Below, piece after piece: positions 62,405 to 64,000 of a DNA stretch of 64,000 bases. Source of the DNA: Vulcanimicrobiota bacterium (GTDB taxonomy: Bacteria > Vulcanimicrobiota > Xenobia > Xenobiales > JADMJV01); the NCBI GenBank assembly GCA_050250895.1, contig JBFWNU010000003.1:288001-352000 (forward strand), written 5' to 3'. Made by a program: the position numbers and the translations under genes. The stretch's first letter is position 1. Each line of letters starts with the position of its first letter. Below the pieces are notes generated by a model. The model saw only the letters and a list, made by a program, of their open reading frames with translations. It did no database searches and was not told where the DNA came from.

Positions 62405-63276
62405 AGCCAGAACCTCTCGTTGAGATATTTGACTCCCCCGTCACAGATCATGGTAACCACCACGCCCTCTTCGAGTTCCGCCGCCACTCGCCGGGCGGCC
62501 ACCAGGTTGGCGGCTGCCGAGATACCCACGAACCAGCCGTGATTGCGGGCCAGGCGACGGGCCTCGTCATAGGCTTCTTCGGTGGCCACCTCCAACTCGG
62601 CGTCGGCCAGGCTGGCGTCGTAGATACCCGGCACCAGGGCCGATTCCATATGCTTGAGGCCCTCGAGACCGTGATAGGGCGAGTCGGGCTGCATCGAGAT
62701 CAGCTTGACCCCGCGCTCCTTGAGAAAGCGACCGGCGCCCATGAAGGTGCCGGTGGTCCCGAGACCGGTCACGAAGTGGGTGATTCGTCCGTCGGTCTGG
62801 GTCCACAATTCGGGGCCGGTGGTGGCGTAGTGGGCCTGCGGGTTGGCCGGATTGTTGTATTGGTCGGGATAGTAGTAATGCTCGGGCCGGGCCTCGACCC
62901 GGGCGCGGGCTTCACGGATGGCCCCATCCGTCATCTCCAGGGGATCCGTTAGCACCAACCGGGCTCCGTAGGCCTCGAGGATCCGTTTGCGCTCGTTGCT
63001 GGCGTTGGAGGGAATACACAACTCGACCCGATAGCCCCGGGCCGCCGCGATGAGGGCGTAGGCGATGCCGGTGTTGCCGCTGGTGGCGTCGATGATGATG
63101 CGGTCGGGTGTCAGTAAGCCAGAGCGTTCGGCCGCGTCGAGCATGAACAGGGCCGGCCGATCCTTGACCGAACCCCCGGGATTGGCCGACTCGAGCTTGG
63201 CCCAGATTTCGACCGGGCCCTCGGTGGGCAAACGCAGCAGGGGGGTATTCCCTATCAGCGAGAGAATATGCGCCAC
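62401..63276 (-). CDS. PLP-dependent cysteine synthase (CysM-like)
   Basis: IGNTPL, KLESANPGGSVKDR, TSGNTG, GLGTTGT. Confidence 0.92.
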   Translation of the reverse strand: MAHILSLIGNTPLLRLPTEGPVEIWAKLESANPGGSVKDRPALFMLDAAERSGLLTPDRIIIDATSGNTGIAYALIAAARGYRVELCIPSNASNERKRILEAYGARLVLTDPLEMTDGAIREARARVEARPEHYYYPDQYNNPANPQAHYATTGPELWTQTDGRITHFVTGLGTTGTFMGAGRFLKERGVKLISMQPDSPYHGLEGLKHMESALVPGIYDASLADAELEVATEEAYDEARRLARNHGWFVGISAAANLVAARRVAAELEEGVVVTMICDGGVKYLNERFWL

Positions 63277-63375
63277 ATCCGGTTGTTTCCGAGTCTCGGC
63301 AGAGAGTCCTCTGCGGAACTCTTGCCGGGGCGGGGCGGTTGAGAAATACCGAACTTAGACGAGAGGGCGACGAAC

Positions 63376-63837
63376 ATGCGCGCGAAATTGACGATCCTGG
63401 CAGTGGGGCTGGCTGTATTGGGCCTGTTCGCCTGTCAAAAGGCCGGCCCGGCCGTTCACAGCGAAGGTTGGCTGACCTCCTACGAAGAGGCCGTCCAACA
63501 ATCGAAAGAGACCGGAAAACCTATCTTGATGGACTTCACCGGCAGCAACTGGTGCGGCTGGTGCATCAAGCTGCGCAAGGAAGTCTTCGACACGCCCGAA
63601 TTCGCGAAGTGGGCCGACGAAAACGTCGTATTGCTCGAACTAGACTTTCCTCAGGGGGTCGAGCAAGCCCCCGAACTCAAGGCGCAAAACCAGGCTCTGC
63701 TCGAGAAATACCAGGTCGAGGGCTTTCCCACCATCCTCTTCGTGACCTCCGAGGGCAAGGTGTTGGGCCGCTACGGCTATGATGCTGGCGGACCGGCCAA
63801 TTGGACCACCAAAGCCAGCGAGATGATCAAGGGGTGA
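63376..63837 (+). CDS. Thioredoxin-family lipoprotein
   Basis: Lipobox-like LFAC; FTGSNWCGWC; GFPT. Confidence 0.88.
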   Translation: MRAKLTILAVGLAVLGLFACQKAGPAVHSEGWLTSYEEAVQQSKETGKPILMDFTGSNWCGWCIKLRKEVFDTPEFAKWADENVVLLELDFPQGVEQAPELKAQNQALLEKYQVEGFPTILFVTSEGKVLGRYGYDAGGPANWTTKASEMIKG

Positions 63838-63847
63838 CGAGCCGGCC

Positions 63848-64000
63848 CTGACGAAGCATCTCAAGGTGTTCGAAGAAGAGTACGACAAACCGCTCTATCT
63901 AGAGGCCTTCAATTTGGCGATGTCGTTCGCCGCCGAAGGCCTGCAGATGGACCGGGGCATTATCACCTATTCGGGCAACGGGCGCGTTCACAACCTCGAG
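63848..64000 (+). CDS. 5' fragment of an unidentified ORF running off the window
   Basis: Open frame LTKHLKVFEEEYDKPLYLEAFNLAMSFAAEG...; start uncertain. Confidence 0.35.
   Translation, partial: MTKHLKVFEEEYDKPLYLEAFNLAMSFAAEGLQMDRGIITYSGNGRVHNLE

Overview
GC-rich bacterial chromosomal window with about 55 genes and no rRNA, tRNA, CRISPR or transposase that I can support. In order: a Wsp-like chemosensory operon and hybrid kinase (1-7.4 kb); envelope and signalling genes (GT4, CPA1 antiporter, NarL regulator, a large CheB*/CheR-PAS-kinase, lytic transglycosylase, class A PBP, DUF2254, Spy/CpxP-like); a 222-bp tandem duplication beside an immunity-like ORF; an unusual NAD operon (NMN adenylyltransferase, Ser/Thr kinase, vWA protein, truncated pyruvate-kinase-like protein, Gln-dependent NadE) with tandem GT-N7-AC palindromes resembling NrtR operators; a lower-GC three-gene island (DUF6602-like nuclease, a small protein resembling a truncated HK97-fold capsid, an Mrr-like nuclease) that is my best candidate for an undescribed defence system; P450; a DnaA-box-like cluster; a STAND-like ATPase-cyclase; a K+ channel; a 1.2-kb palindromic REP/BIME-like array; a hexuronate operon with a LarA-family epimerase; a Psr/Phs-type reductase plus YeeE/YedE operon behind an FNR-like box; and a convergent CysM-JAB-(Ubl-E1-rhodanese) sulfur-carrier operon. 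All family calls come from motif recognition by eye, not from database searches.
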